DNA from: Desulfotomaculaceae bacterium | Lineage (GTDB): Bacteria > Bacillota > Desulfotomaculia > Desulfotomaculales > Pelotomaculaceae | NCBI GenBank assembly: GCA_028696455.1 | Contig: JAQVGZ010000005.1 | Span: 5,076-69,075, forward strand | Direction of reading: 5' to 3' | DNA length: 64,000 nucleotides | Part shown: positions 8,249-18,033 of the stretch, piece after piece | How positions within the stretch are numbered: position 1 is the first letter of the stretch | Layout: each line of letters begins with the position of its first letter | The notes under the pieces: model-generated | What the model was told of the DNA's origin: nothing | The model's input: only the letters and a program-made list of their open reading frames with translations | Databases searched by the model: none | Program-made: the position numbers and the translations under genes

Positions 8249-9484
8249 TTAAAACCGTTTAAACACCAGCGTGGCATTATGCCCACCAAATCCAAAAGAA
8301 TTTGAAAGGGCCACGTTCACTTTAGCTTCTCTAGCTACATTGGGGACAAAGTCTAAATCACACTCATCGTCCGGATATTCATAATTAATAGTTGGCGGAA
8401 TAACTCCACGGTCTATAGTCATCACACAAACGGCAGCCTCCAGACCACCAGCAGCGCCCAGCAGGTGGCCGGTCATAGATTTGGTTGAGCTGACAGCCAG
8501 TTTGTAGGCATGTGCCCCGAAAACATTTTTAATGGCTTTTACCTCAGCCCTGTCCCCAATCGGCGTGGAAGTAGCGTGAGCGTTAATATAATCCACCTCT
8601 TCAGGTGTGATCCCAGCGTCTTTGGCCGCACTAAGCATTGAACTCATGGCCCCGTGCCCCTCAGGATCAGGAGCAGTGATATGATAGGCGTCACATGAGC
8701 TGCCGTACCCGGCAATCTCAGCATAAATGCGTGCCCCCCGGCTCAGGGCATGTTCCAGTGTTTCCAACACCAGAATTGCTGATCCCTCACCGCATACAAA
8801 GCCATCCCGCCTTGCATCAAAAGGTCTGCTCGCTTTTTCCGGCTCATCGTTGCAAGTTGACATGGCCTTCATAGAACAAAAACCGGCCATAGCCAAAGGG
8901 GTAATTGACGCTTCCGTTCCTCCGGAAATCATTATATCTGCGTAGCCCCATTGGAGCATTTTGAAAGCATCCCCCAGGGCATTGGAACTGGAGGCGCATG
9001 CTGTAACACTGGTAACATTGGGACCAAACAAGCGGTAACTAATCGCCACCTGAGCAGCGCCCATATTCGAGATCATCATTGGTACAAAAATAGGGCTGAC
9101 CCGGCCCGGCCCCTTTTCAGCTAAAACTTTCGCCTGCTCCTCCAGAGTTCCAATACCGCCGATGCCCGACCCCAGGATCACCCCCACCCGGTTTCTGTCT
9201 TCCACTTCCAGGTTTAATCCAGCGTCTTCAATGGCCATCCCGGCAGCTGCCACAGCAAATTGAGTAAACCGGTCCATGCGCCGTGCCTCTTTTTTATCCA
9301 GAAATTTAGTATGTTCAAAATCAACAACTTCACCCGCGATTTTTGTGCTATGGTTGGACGGGTCAAACCTGGTTACCCGCCTGATTCCGGAAACCCCACC
9401 GGTAAGAGAAGACCAGAACCTCTCAAGACCAGTACCTACCGGAGAGATGATCCCCAGGCCGGTTATTACAACCCTCTTTTGCAA
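8249..9484 (-). CDS. fabF: 3-oxoacyl-ACP synthase II
   Basis: KAS II patterns: KRVVITGLG, the active-site region ACASS, HATSTPxGD and GFGGHN. The likely start is TTG 9484 or 9487, after AAGGAGG. The track start TTG 9505 would overlap the upstream terminator T-run. Confidence 0.9.
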   Translation of the reverse strand: MQKRVVITGLGIISPVGTGLERFWSSLTGGVSGIRRVTRFDPSNHSTKIAGEVVDFEHTKFLDKKEARRMDRFTQFAVAAAGMAIEDAGLNLEVEDRNRVGVILGSGIGGIGTLEEQAKVLAEKGPGRVSPIFVPMMISNMGAAQVAISYRLFGPNVTSVTACASSSNALGDAFKMLQWGYADIMISGGTEASITPLAMAGFCSMKAMSTCNDEPEKASRPFDARRDGFVCGEGSAILVLETLEHALSRGARIYAEIAGYGSSCDAYHITAPDPEGHGAMSSMLSAAKDAGITPEEVDYINAHATSTPIGDRAEVKAIKNVFGAHAYKLAVSSTKSMTGHLLGAAGGLEAAVCVMTIDRGVIPPTINYEYPDDECDLDFVPNVAREAKVNVALSNSFGFGGHNATLVFKRF

Positions 9485-9503
9485 CAAAAATTCCTCCTTC
9501 TTC

Positions 9504-9532
9504 AAAAAAGTCCCGTGGTTTCCCCCGGGACT
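9504..9532 (-). terminator. hairpin + T-run between acpP and fabF (partial terminator/attenuator)
   Basis: On the minus strand, agtcccg-N10-cgggact is followed by TTTTTT. Confidence 0.5.
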
Positions 9533-9549
9533 TACAGTCTGACGAAAAA

Positions 9550-9780
9550 TTATTGGCGATCCTGAATATATTTAATGGCCTCGCCTACGGTACGTATTTT
9601 TTCCGCATCCTCATCGGGAATTTCAAGGTCGAATTCTTCTTCTAGGGCCATGACCAGTTCAACAATATCTAAAGAGTCGGCTCCCAGGTTATCGACAAAG
9701 GACGCATCCTCTTTAACTTCATCTTCTTCTACACCTAATTGATCAACAATGATTGATTTAACTTTGTCAGGTATCGACAT
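9550..9780 (-). CDS. acpP: acyl carrier protein
   Basis: The phosphopantetheine attachment motif LGADSLD. ATG 9780 gives a typical 76-aa ACP. Confidence 0.95.
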   Translation of the reverse strand: MSIPDKVKSIIVDQLGVEEDEVKEDASFVDNLGADSLDIVELVMALEEEFDLEIPDEDAEKIRTVGEAIKYIQDRQ

Positions 9781-9824
9781 AACGAGCACTCACCCCCTTT
9801 CGGTACTTTAACCAAAACAGTCAG

Positions 9825-10571
9825 TTACATACATACCATTCCGCCATCTATGTTTATGGTCTGTCCTGTTATATATCCAGCCAATTCTGAGGCCAGATAA
9901 ACCACTAATCCGGCTACTTCTTCGGGACGGCCAAACCTTTTTAACGGAACCTGAACCAACATATTTTCCCTGACATTTTCCGGCAGAGATCTAATCATAT
10001 CAGTATAAATAACCCCTGGAGCAACAGTGTTGACGGTGATATTACGGGAACCGAACTCTTTTGCTATCGCTCTGGACAGTCCAATCAAGCCGGCTTTTGC
10101 AGCGCAATAATTAGCCTGCCCACTGTTCCCGGCGATGCCAGCCACTGAACTAATATTAATGATGCGCCCGAAATGATTTCTAAACATAATGCGTCCGGCA
10201 TATTTGATGCAGTTAAAGGCCCCCTTAAGGTTAGTACCAATAACAGCATCCCAATCCTCGTCCTTAATCCTAAAGACCAGATTATCACTGGTAATGCCCG
10301 CATTATTGACCAGAATGTCTACTTTCCCAAATTCAGTCTGTGCCGCCTTAACCATTGCCTGCGCCTCTGCCGGGTTGGCCACATCAGCTTGATAAGCCAA
10401 GGCCCGCCCGCCAGCACCCTGTATGGCCTCCACTACTTCATTTGCCGCATCTGCTCTACCGTGATAATTCACTAATACAACAGCGCCTTCTTTTGCTAGG
10501 GCTAGGGCAATGGCTCGTCCGATACCCCTGGAAGCACCGGTTACAATAGCAGCCTTGCCGTTAAGAACCAT
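9825..10571 (-). CDS. fabG: 3-oxoacyl-ACP reductase
   Basis: SDR motifs TGASRGIG, NNAG and YxxxK (YCAAKAG). ATG 10571 follows GGGAGG and the fabD stop. Confidence 0.9.
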   Translation of the reverse strand: MVLNGKAAIVTGASRGIGRAIALALAKEGAVVLVNYHGRADAANEVVEAIQGAGGRALAYQADVANPAEAQAMVKAAQTEFGKVDILVNNAGITSDNLVFRIKDEDWDAVIGTNLKGAFNCIKYAGRIMFRNHFGRIINISSVAGIAGNSGQANYCAAKAGLIGLSRAIAKEFGSRNITVNTVAPGVIYTDMIRSLPENVRENMLVQVPLKRFGRPEEVAGLVVYLASELAGYITGQTINIDGGMVCM

Positions 10572-10572
10572 T

Positions 10573-11514
10573 TTAGCTAACCTCCCTGACAAGTGCAAGG
10601 ACTTTTTCCAAAGATACTTTATCTTCTATGTTTCCTGTCCTTATTTCTCGGCTGATCTTCTTTATCAACCCACACAGTACCTTGCCGGGGCCTACTTCAA
10701 TGAAGGTTGTGACTCCAGATTTTATTAACAGCCGGATACTTTCTTCCCAACGTACAGGGCTATAGACCTGACGAATTAACAGCCTTTTTATTTCTAACCC
10801 GGTGCGGGCAAATTCAGCAGTAACATTGGACACTATTGGTATGGAAGGATCAGTTATAGATACTTTATCTAAATCGATAGATAACCTGTCTCCAGCTGGC
10901 TTCATCATACTGGAATGAAATGGAGCGCTGACAGGTATTGTTACAAAGCGCTTGGCTCCATATTCTTTTGCGAATCGCCTAGCTGCTTCCAGCCCGGCAT
11001 TATCGCCAGCTACAACTACCTGGCCGGGACAATTAAGATTGACCGCCTCGATGATACCAGTTTCTGAGGCCTTACCGCACAAATCCTGAACACGCTCACT
11101 AGAAAGCCCCATAACGGCAGCCATGCCACCTGCTCCGAGAGGAACAGCCTCCTGCATATACTGCCCGCGCTGGCGTACCAGTCTCACCGCGTCTTCGAGT
11201 GAAATTGAACCTGCCGCTACCAGAGCAGTGTACTCACCTAGACTATGTCCTGCCATAGCAAAAGGCAACATTAAACCAGCTTGCCTTAAAACTTCTAAAC
11301 AGGCTACACTTGCAGTTAATACAGCTGGTTGAGTATTTATTGTTTTATTTAATTCCTCTTCTGGTCCAGAAAAACACATTTCGGAAATGTTGAACCCCAG
11401 GGTTTCGTCAGCTTTATTAAATACATCGCGGGCCTCTGGACAGTTCTCATAAAACTCCCGTCCCATTCCGATATACTGGGAGCCCTGGCCAGGGAAGACA
11501 AAGGCAACGCTCAC
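10573..11514 (-). CDS. fabD: malonyl CoA-ACP transacylase
   Basis: FVFPGQGSQ and GHSLGEY motifs. The GTG start overlaps the fabK stop (GTGA). Confidence 0.9.
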   Translation of the reverse strand: MSVAFVFPGQGSQYIGMGREFYENCPEARDVFNKADETLGFNISEMCFSGPEEELNKTINTQPAVLTASVACLEVLRQAGLMLPFAMAGHSLGEYTALVAAGSISLEDAVRLVRQRGQYMQEAVPLGAGGMAAVMGLSSERVQDLCGKASETGIIEAVNLNCPGQVVVAGDNAGLEAARRFAKEYGAKRFVTIPVSAPFHSSMMKPAGDRLSIDLDKVSITDPSIPIVSNVTAEFARTGLEIKRLLIRQVYSPVRWEESIRLLIKSGVTTFIEVGPGKVLCGLIKKISREIRTGNIEDKVSLEKVLALVREVS

Positions 11515-12464
11515 GCTTTTTTCACCACCAACTTATTTAAATAATTTATAACCTCATCGGCCCCTTCAACCGTATCCATAATAATTTCCCGAGCAGTCTG
11601 CACTTTGCCGACCATAGCGCTAACCTGCCCTGCCATTACCGTGCCGTTCTCAACATCCCCATCAACCATGGTCGCCCTCAGACTACCCAAACCCAACTTT
11701 TCCAGTTCCTCAGCAGGAACCCCATTTTTCTCCATAAGCCTATATTTTTTAGTCAATTTGTTTCGCAATGATCGTACCGGGTGACCAAGTGAGGCGCCAG
11801 TAATAGTTGTATCACGATCCTTCGCATTTATTATTGCTTCTTTGACCCTGGGGTGAATCGTACATTCCTCTGCGCACATAAAGCGTGTACCCATCTGCAC
11901 ACCAACAGCACCCAGCGCTAAGGCTGCCAGGAATCCTCGGCCATCAAAAATGCCCCCGGCAGCTATAACTGGAATGTTGACTACATCCACCACCTGAGGA
12001 ACCATAGCCATAGTAGTAATATCCCCGATATGTCCCCCGGATTCCATACCTTCAGCAATCAATGCGTCTACGCCAGTGCGGGCAAGTCTCTTCGCCAGCG
12101 CCACCGAGGAAACTACCGGAATGATTTTCGTTCCCACCTCCCGTAAGGCTGGCACGTATTTGCCGGGGTTTCCCGCACCAGTCGTGATCACCGCAACAGG
12201 CTCTTCCTTGAGCAAAGCCATGATTTCTTCCAGGAATGGTGAGAGAAGCATAACATTGACGCCGAAAGGTTTTTTCGTTAACTGTCTGGCCTGACGAATT
12301 TGCTTCCTAAGCCAATCAGCCGGTGCAGAACCTGATCCAATAATACCAAGCCCCCCTGCCTCGGAAACAGCAGCAGCTAGTTCGGCAGTAGATACCCAGG
12401 CCATGCCGCCCTGGATAATAGGATAATCTATATTTAGCAAGTCACATAACGCGGTACGGAACAA
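11511..12464 (-). CDS. fabK: enoyl-ACP reductase II (FMN-dependent, nitronate monooxygenase fold)
   Basis: NMO/FabK pattern: YPIIQGGMAWVS and GGIFDGRG. It sits inside the fab cluster. The start is a non-ATG codon (TTG). Confidence 0.8.
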   Translation of the reverse strand: MFRTALCDLLNIDYPIIQGGMAWVSTAELAAAVSEAGGLGIIGSGSAPADWLRKQIRQARQLTKKPFGVNVMLLSPFLEEIMALLKEEPVAVITTGAGNPGKYVPALREVGTKIIPVVSSVALAKRLARTGVDALIAEGMESGGHIGDITTMAMVPQVVDVVNIPVIAAGGIFDGRGFLAALALGAVGVQMGTRFMCAEECTIHPRVKEAIINAKDRDTTITGASLGHPVRSLRNKLTKKYRLMEKNGVPAEELEKLGLGSLRATMVDGDVENGTVMAGQVSAMVGKVQTAREIIMDTVEGADEVINYLNKLVVKKA

Positions 12465-12546
12465 TACCTCCCGCCCCCTGTACTATATATTCTAAAACAA
12501 CCCATGAAAAAAATACCATAAAAAAAATAAAATGTAAAGCTGCCAT

Positions 12547-13542
12547 CTACCATTTAACAACTACGGCGCCCCAGGTTAGTCCAGCACCAAAACCTACTAT
12601 TACCACATTATCGCCGCTCTTGATTCTGCCGTCTCGCACTGCCTCATCCAGGGCTAGCGGGATTGAAGCCGTAGAAGTGTTACCATATCGATCTACGTTA
12701 ACCAATACTTTTTCCATGGGGATACCCAATCTCCTGGCAGCAGGTTCAATAATCCGGATATTTGCCTGGTGTGGAATAAAAAAGTCTATGTCTGACTTAT
12801 TAAGCCCAGCCGCAGCCAAAACTTCTTCCGCAGCCTCCCCCATCACTCTAACTGCAAATCTAAAAACTTCCCGGCCATTCATCTGGAGAAAATGCAGCTT
12901 TCCATCTAATGTTTCTCTGGAAGTAGGATACCTGGAGCCACCGGCTGGAATAAGCAAGTGAGGACCACCAGCGCCATCTGAATAAAGTTTACAAGCCAGA
13001 ATGCCGCTGTTTTCCGGTACAGTCCTTAGAACCACCGCCCCGGCGCCATCACCGAATAGAACGCAGGTACTCCGGTCTTCCCAGTTAAGCATTTTGGACA
13101 ATGTTTCGGCGCCAACAACCAATACTGTACGGTAGGTACCGGCAGCAATAAATTGACTGCCTACAGTAAGCGCATGGACAAAACCAGTACATCCGGCTGC
13201 CAGGTCGAACGCCCCAGCCTTTTTTTTAATGCCAAGCCGGTCCTGTACAATACAGGCGGTAGCGGGCATTAACATATCAGGTGTGTTTGTGGCAACAATA
13301 ACCAGATCCACTTCTTCAGGTTTTATGCTGGCATTGGTTAGTGCCCGCCCTGCTGCAATAGTAGCCAGGTCTGAGGTAGCCTGTTCAGGGCCAGTGATCC
13401 GTCTTTCGTTAATCCCGGTTCTGGAAAAAATCCATTCGCTACTTGTATCTACCACTTGCTCCAGTTCGGCATTGGTTAGGACCCTATCCGGTACACAAGC
13501 TCCGATCCCTACGATACCGGCATTAAGCACTTCCCTGTGCAT
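12547..13542 (-). CDS. fabH: 3-oxoacyl-ACP synthase III
   Basis: KAS III patterns: AAGCTGF, HQAN and GNTSTASIP. The start is taken as ATG 13542; the track start at 13572 is deeper inside plsX. Confidence 0.9.
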   Translation of the reverse strand: MHREVLNAGIVGIGACVPDRVLTNAELEQVVDTSSEWIFSRTGINERRITGPEQATSDLATIAAGRALTNASIKPEEVDLVIVATNTPDMLMPATACIVQDRLGIKKKAGAFDLAAGCTGFVHALTVGSQFIAAGTYRTVLVVGAETLSKMLNWEDRSTCVLFGDGAGAVVLRTVPENSGILACKLYSDGAGGPHLLIPAGGSRYPTSRETLDGKLHFLQMNGREVFRFAVRVMGEAAEEVLAAAGLNKSDIDFFIPHQANIRIIEPAARRLGIPMEKVLVNVDRYGNTSTASIPLALDEAVRDGRIKSGDNVVIVGFGAGLTWGAVVVKW

Positions 13543-14551
13543 CGGTACGATCAACCTCTTTCTTTTCAGCAATCATAATACTCTCCCTGATCTCATTCAC
13601 CAAATCATTATCAACTGCTTCCTTCGCTACTCTTATTGCATTTTTGATAGCCTTCGCTGAAGACCTGCCGTGGCAGACCACTGATACACCATTAACCCCA
13701 AGTAACGGGGCTCCCCCATACTCTGCAAATTCAATCCGCCTCTGCATTTCCTGTAAAGCGGCTCCAGTCACTCTCCTATTACCCCAATTGGTTATGCTTC
13801 TCATAATTTCTTCCTTCATAATCTTAAATAATGATTCGGCTAATCCTTCTCCTGCTTTTAATACAATATTTCCGACGAAACCGTCACAAACTAATACATC
13901 AGCTACACCACGGTAAATATCTCTTCCTTCCACATTACCGATAAAATTAAACCCTGCATTAGCCAATAGCGGAAATGCTGCAAGGGTGATTTCATTACCC
14001 TTAGTTTCTTCTTCTCCATTGCTCAGCAGACCAATCCTAGGATTGGTAACACCGAGAATCTGTCTGGCATAAAGGTAACCCATGATGCTAAATTGAAGCA
14101 AGTTTCGCGGTTTACAATCTACGTTAGCTCCAATGTCCAGAAGCAAAGTAAAGCCATTTTCACCGGGTAGTACAATAGCTAGAGCCGGGCGATCTATACC
14201 TTTGATTCTGCCCAGGGTGAGGAGAGCAGACGTCATGGAAGCGCCGGTATTTCCGGCAGAAACAACGGCCTTGACAGCACCATCCTTTACCAATTGGGTT
14301 GCTTTTACGATGGATGAATTTTTTTTTCTTCGAACTGCGACCGCTGGATGATCCCTCATTTCAATAACTTCAGCAGCATGAATAACTCTTACCAGATCGC
14401 CAGCGTGGTACTTGTTCAGCTCAGCATAAATTTGTTTTTCATCGCCAACTAGATCTATGGCCAGTCCTAATTCCTCGACTGCCTGCAGTGCTCCCTTAAC
14501 AATTTCAACAGGGGCATAATCACCGCCCATCGCATCTACAGCAACTCTCAC
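13523..14551 (-). CDS. plsX: phosphate acyltransferase PlsX
   Basis: VAVDAMGGDYAP at the N-terminus. GTG 14551 is preceded by AGAGGGGG. Confidence 0.9.
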   Translation of the reverse strand: MRVAVDAMGGDYAPVEIVKGALQAVEELGLAIDLVGDEKQIYAELNKYHAGDLVRVIHAAEVIEMRDHPAVAVRRKKNSSIVKATQLVKDGAVKAVVSAGNTGASMTSALLTLGRIKGIDRPALAIVLPGENGFTLLLDIGANVDCKPRNLLQFSIMGYLYARQILGVTNPRIGLLSNGEEETKGNEITLAAFPLLANAGFNFIGNVEGRDIYRGVADVLVCDGFVGNIVLKAGEGLAESLFKIMKEEIMRSITNWGNRRVTGAALQEMQRRIEFAEYGGAPLLGVNGVSVVCHGRSSAKAIKNAIRVAKEAVDNDLVNEIRESIMIAEKKEVDRTDAQGSA

Positions 14552-14720
14552 TGCGATACCCCCTCTGATATCGCCAAAATACGAATTCATCCTTAAACAC
14601 AACTTCAATCGAATATAGAAACATTCAAAATATATTTATTTCCTTATTTTGGATTTTAAAACCAATCAGGCACGCTTTTTTCATTATGATCATAAGTAGA
14701 TAAAAAAACAGGAAGAAGTA

Positions 14721-14756
14721 TTAGTACCAAGTGCTAAAAATAGTATAATGTACTAA
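14721..14756 (-). promoter_or_regulatory. FapR-like operator half-sites (TTAGTAC / TTAGCAC / GTACTAA) bracketing the plsX -10 box
   Basis: The 17-bp inverted repeat TTAGTACCAAGTGCTAA lies at 14721-14737, and a further GTACTAA half-site at 14750-14756. It resembles the Bacillus FapR box as I recall it (TTAGTACC-N-GGTACTAA). Confidence 0.4.
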
Positions 14757-14770
14757 AAGCTTATTGACAA
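14742..14770 (-). promoter_or_regulatory. sigma-A-type promoter for the plsX-fab operon
   Basis: Minus strand TTGTCA-17 nt-TATACT, immediately downstream of the rpmF terminator. Confidence 0.45.
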
Positions 14771-14778
14771 GTTTATGG

Positions 14779-14811
14779 AAAAAAAATAGCTTCTGGTTTA
14801 ATACCGAAGCT
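14779..14811 (-). terminator. Rho-independent terminator downstream of rpmF
   Basis: On the minus strand, agcttc-N12-gaagct is followed by ATTTTTTTT. Confidence 0.65.
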
Positions 14812-14837
14812 TATTTGAAACATATCCTGTTTTTGCC

Positions 14838-15017
14838 TTAGTCTTTCGCTACTACTTTTCTAGCATTATAATACCCGCATTCAGGACATAAGTGGTGAGG
14901 CATAATCATGGCGCGACATTGCGGACAATTTACCAGTGCGGGCGATTCCAGTTTCATATTGGCCGCACGTCGTTGTCTACCACGTTGCTTGGAAGCTTTC
15001 CTTTTTGGTACACCCAT
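14838..15017 (-). CDS. rpmF: 50S ribosomal protein L32
   Basis: This ORF is too short for the ORF track; I translated it by hand as MGVPKRKASKQRGRQRRAANMKLESPALVNCPQCRAMIMPHHLCPECGYYNARKVVAKD. It has the L32 N-terminus and CxxC...CxxC. Confidence 0.9.
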   Translation of the reverse strand: MGVPKRKASKQRGRQRRAANMKLESPALVNCPQCRAMIMPHHLCPECGYYNARKVVAKD

Positions 15018-15292
15018 TGTAAATACACCTGGTTTCTAAAACCTAAACAATTATGAATGCATAGGTTCTTATCCCGCTGACTACACGGTAGGCAGTTTTT
15101 CCCCTTTACTTTGGGCGCTTCATTGAATGAGACTGCCACGAAACCTTTTCCTTCCCTCATTTTTTTGTTAAACCGCATTAACCCTATCCACACCCTCGCA
15201 TATTTGCATAGAGGGTCACGTTAACGCTTTCGTAAAGTTTATTTTACAACTTAATTATTATTATTATTAATAACCTTTCCCGCAGGAAACCA

Positions 15293-15808
15293 TCAATGCT
15301 CAGGATTCATTTTCCTCACAAACGTTTGCAAGACACTTAAACGTGGATCAATATCGTCATTTTTACAATTACAATGACCTTTATTTAAATTGCATCCACA
15401 CTTTGCACATAAACCCCGGCATTCTTCGCCACAAATAGACTTCATCGGTAACGACAGGATAATGTCATTTATGACATCAGAAGTAATATCAATTACATCA
15501 CCACTGTATGATACAAACTCTGATTCACTATTGTTAGGTGTATGAGCATAGCATTCTTTTACCGGAGCTTCAAAAAAGAAGTCGAACGGTTCCAGGCAAC
15601 GGTCACATATAAGTTTTATTCTACCAGACACACTTCCCTCTACAATTATAGTCGGACCATTCTTACTAACAAGCAGACTGGCTTTAACCGGAGAGGGGAA
15701 ATGTAGAATTTCGCCATGCAATTCAAACGAAGGAAGTTCTTCCAACAACTCAAAGCGGATAAAATCACTAGGTATCTTTTTAAGTATTTCTACATCCAAC
15801 CGCAACAC
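15293..15808 (-). CDS. DUF177 / YceD-family protein
   Basis: It sits upstream of rpmF, as in many bacteria, and has a Cys-rich C-terminal half (CGEECRGLCAKCGCNLN). Confidence 0.8.
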   Translation of the reverse strand: MLRLDVEILKKIPSDFIRFELLEELPSFELHGEILHFPSPVKASLLVSKNGPTIIVEGSVSGRIKLICDRCLEPFDFFFEAPVKECYAHTPNNSESEFVSYSGDVIDITSDVINDIILSLPMKSICGEECRGLCAKCGCNLNKGHCNCKNDDIDPRLSVLQTFVRKMNPEH

Positions 15809-15955
15809 TGCTTACCACCTCATAACACAAGAAATTATATATAAGGTGTTGTAGCTTTGTCAAGATTTTTCCTGCTTTAAGTAAAACCCGACTATTTGTA
15901 ACTTCTAAAAATACGACTTCCGTCAATATAATAATGATAAACTGGCTGGTGCATT

Positions 15956-17191
15956 ATGATCATCTCAAATTCGAATTATTTCAGAAGTCACCGCAACGAC
16001 CTGCGGCGGTTATTATGGACACTATGTGCTTTAGTTTTTGTAATAAGTATGATCACAAACCCCAGGCTGGTATTCGATGGCGCCCTAACTGGCTTAACAG
16101 CCTGGTGGAACATCGTCTTTCCTGCCCTGCTCCCTTTTTTCATTGTCTCTGAACTACTAATGAATTTCGGTGTGGTACACTTCATGGGAGTGCTGTTGGA
16201 GCCGGTAATGCGTCCATTATTTAACGTGCCCGGCGCCGGTTCTTTTGTTATGGCCATAGGTTTTAGCAGCGGCTATCCAATTGGCTCTATGATTACCGCC
16301 AGGCTGCGCTCGCAGGGACTTTGCACCCGGGTTGAGGCCGAGCGACTGATGTCTTTTACCAATAACTCCAGCCCTCTCTTTATGCTGGCAGCAGTTGCAG
16401 TAGGCATGTTTAACAACCCGTCACTAGGTTGGATTATTGCCGGCGCCCATTACCTGTCTAACCTTACCCTTGGATTCGCCTTACGCTTTTATGCGCGCAG
16501 CGATACCGAGTATATCCCGGGGTCCCCGCCCCGCAATAGAGGCTTGATTAGCCAAGCATTTGCAACTGCATTGCAAGTACAGCGTAAAGATAACCGTCCG
16601 CTAGGAAAGGTAATGGGGGACGCAGTGCGCAATGCTGTGACAAATTTGCTAAATATAGGAGGCTTCATTATCCTTTTCGCGGTAATCATCAAACTATTGA
16701 CTAACGCCGGCTGTATAAGCACTATAGCCGGCTGGCTGGGCATATTTCTCCTCCCGCTTGGATTTTCCCCTGAGATACTCCCTGCCTTAGCCAGCGGATT
16801 ATTTGAAATGACTATAGGCTCGAAACTGGCCAGTGAGGCGGCAGCGCCGCTGCTCCAGCAAGTTGTTGCCATAGGAATGATTCTGGCCTGGAGTGGCCTG
16901 TCCGTACACGCTCAGGTAGCTGGTATGATTAGCGAAACTGATATCCGGATGACACCCTTTATAATCACCCGCGTCGCGCATAGCCTACTGGCCGGTCTCT
17001 ATACCTACGTCATTTTTCTGTGTTGCAACCCGCTTGAAACAGCCGCAACAGCAACTACAAGCGCTATAAAGTGGCAAGATGTTAGTGTCGTTTATCTAAA
17101 CATGCAATTATTCCTTTGTTTTATAATATCCCTGCTCACAATAATATCGCTGGGAATAATTCTTCATCTCGTCAGCAGGATCAGATTCTAA
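15956..17191 (+). CDS. nucleoside-recognition-domain membrane protein, YlbJ-like (sporulation integral membrane protein)
   Basis: A polytopic protein with FPALLPFFIVSELL and GAGSFVMAIGFSSGYPIG. It lies in the neighbourhood of coaD and rsmD, as ylbJ does in Bacillus. Confidence 0.6.
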   Translation: MIISNSNYFRSHRNDLRRLLWTLCALVFVISMITNPRLVFDGALTGLTAWWNIVFPALLPFFIVSELLMNFGVVHFMGVLLEPVMRPLFNVPGAGSFVMAIGFSSGYPIGSMITARLRSQGLCTRVEAERLMSFTNNSSPLFMLAAVAVGMFNNPSLGWIIAGAHYLSNLTLGFALRFYARSDTEYIPGSPPRNRGLISQAFATALQVQRKDNRPLGKVMGDAVRNAVTNLLNIGGFIILFAVIIKLLTNAGCISTIAGWLGIFLLPLGFSPEILPALASGLFEMTIGSKLASEAAAPLLQQVVAIGMILAWSGLSVHAQVAGMISETDIRMTPFIITRVAHSLLAGLYTYVIFLCCNPLETAATATTSAIKWQDVSVVYLNMQLFLCFIISLLTIISLGIILHLVSRIRF

Positions 17192-17250
17192 GCAAATCTG
17201 ACATATTAAACCTTGTCAGGAAAATAATCTACACCAAACCATGGACGTGC

Positions 17251-18033
17251 TCAAAAATATCCTGTAAATTGTGCGAAGATTACAATTATACCAAGTAACA
17301 GCACATAGACAGAGAAAACTTTTAATGAACCTCTCTTTAAGATTGATATCATCCATTTGACAGCCAGGTATCCAAAAATACCTGACATTACGGTCCCAAT
17401 AAACAATGAAGGCAAGGATATTATTTCCGTTTGTCCTCTGTAAAGGCTAAAACCTTGTAAAATTACAGCACCTGCAATAGCTGGAATAGACAGTAAGAAT
17501 GAAAAGTAAGCAGCAGTTTCCTTATTTATCTTACGGATTAAGGCAGCCCCGATGGTTAAACCAGACCGTGAAATAGCCGGCAATATTGCAGCTCCTTGAA
17601 AAATTCCAATGATTAAAGCATCAGCATAGCTGATGTTATTAACCTTTTTAAATCCTCTTTCCTTTAGGTTGTCAGCATACCATAAAATCAACCCGGTGGC
17701 GATGAATTCCCAACCAATAGTTACACCGGTCTTAGAAATTTCCTCAAAGAAATCCCGAAAAGTCAGTCCAATTATAATGGCTGGTATCGTTCCCAAGATT
17801 AATAAAACAGTAAGCTTGCTAAATGGTCTACGGACGATAACCAGCAAATCAGTCCAATAGATAATTACCAAAGCAACTAAAGTACCCAAATGCAACATTG
17901 TGTCCAAAAATAAACCGGCTTCATCCAATCCAAAAAAATGACGGCCTAAAAATAGGTGTCCAGTGCTGCTAACTGGTAGAAACTCAGTCAATCCCTGAAT
18001 TGCTCCTAAAATAGCCGCTTCCAACCAATTCAT
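17251..18033 (-). CDS. uppP: undecaprenyl-diphosphate phosphatase
   Basis: BacA/UppP patterns: GLTEFLPVSSTGHL and PAISRSG. Confidence 0.9.
   Translation of the reverse strand: MNWLEAAILGAIQGLTEFLPVSSTGHLFLGRHFFGLDEAGLFLDTMLHLGTLVALVIIYWTDLLVIVRRPFSKLTVLLILGTIPAIIIGLTFRDFFEEISKTGVTIGWEFIATGLILWYADNLKERGFKKVNNISYADALIIGIFQGAAILPAISRSGLTIGAALIRKINKETAAYFSFLLSIPAIAGAVILQGFSLYRGQTEIISLPSLFIGTVMSGIFGYLAVKWMISILKRGSLKVFSVYVLLLGIIVIFAQFTGYF

Noticed and set aside
12620-13660. Antisense ORFs over 100 aa (12620-12961 and 13229-13660; likewise 28695-29132, 44901-45242, 47692-48123, 52306-52755 and 53283-53684)
   Set aside because: Each lies opposite a CDS with strong family motifs (fabH, plsX, ribBA, rlmN, fmt, floA, nfeD). 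They have Ser/Pro/Arg/Thr-rich shadow-frame composition and no SD sites.
14954-15193. A 79-aa track ORF on the minus strand
   Set aside because: It overlaps the start of the clearly real rpmF (14838-15017) in a different frame. It has no SD, no recognisable family and odd composition. It is treated as spurious.
15254-15268. An (ATT)5 microsatellite near the yceD stop
   Set aside because: It is a short simple repeat in an AT-rich spacer. It is not a CRISPR or other organised array, and there is no evidence of function.
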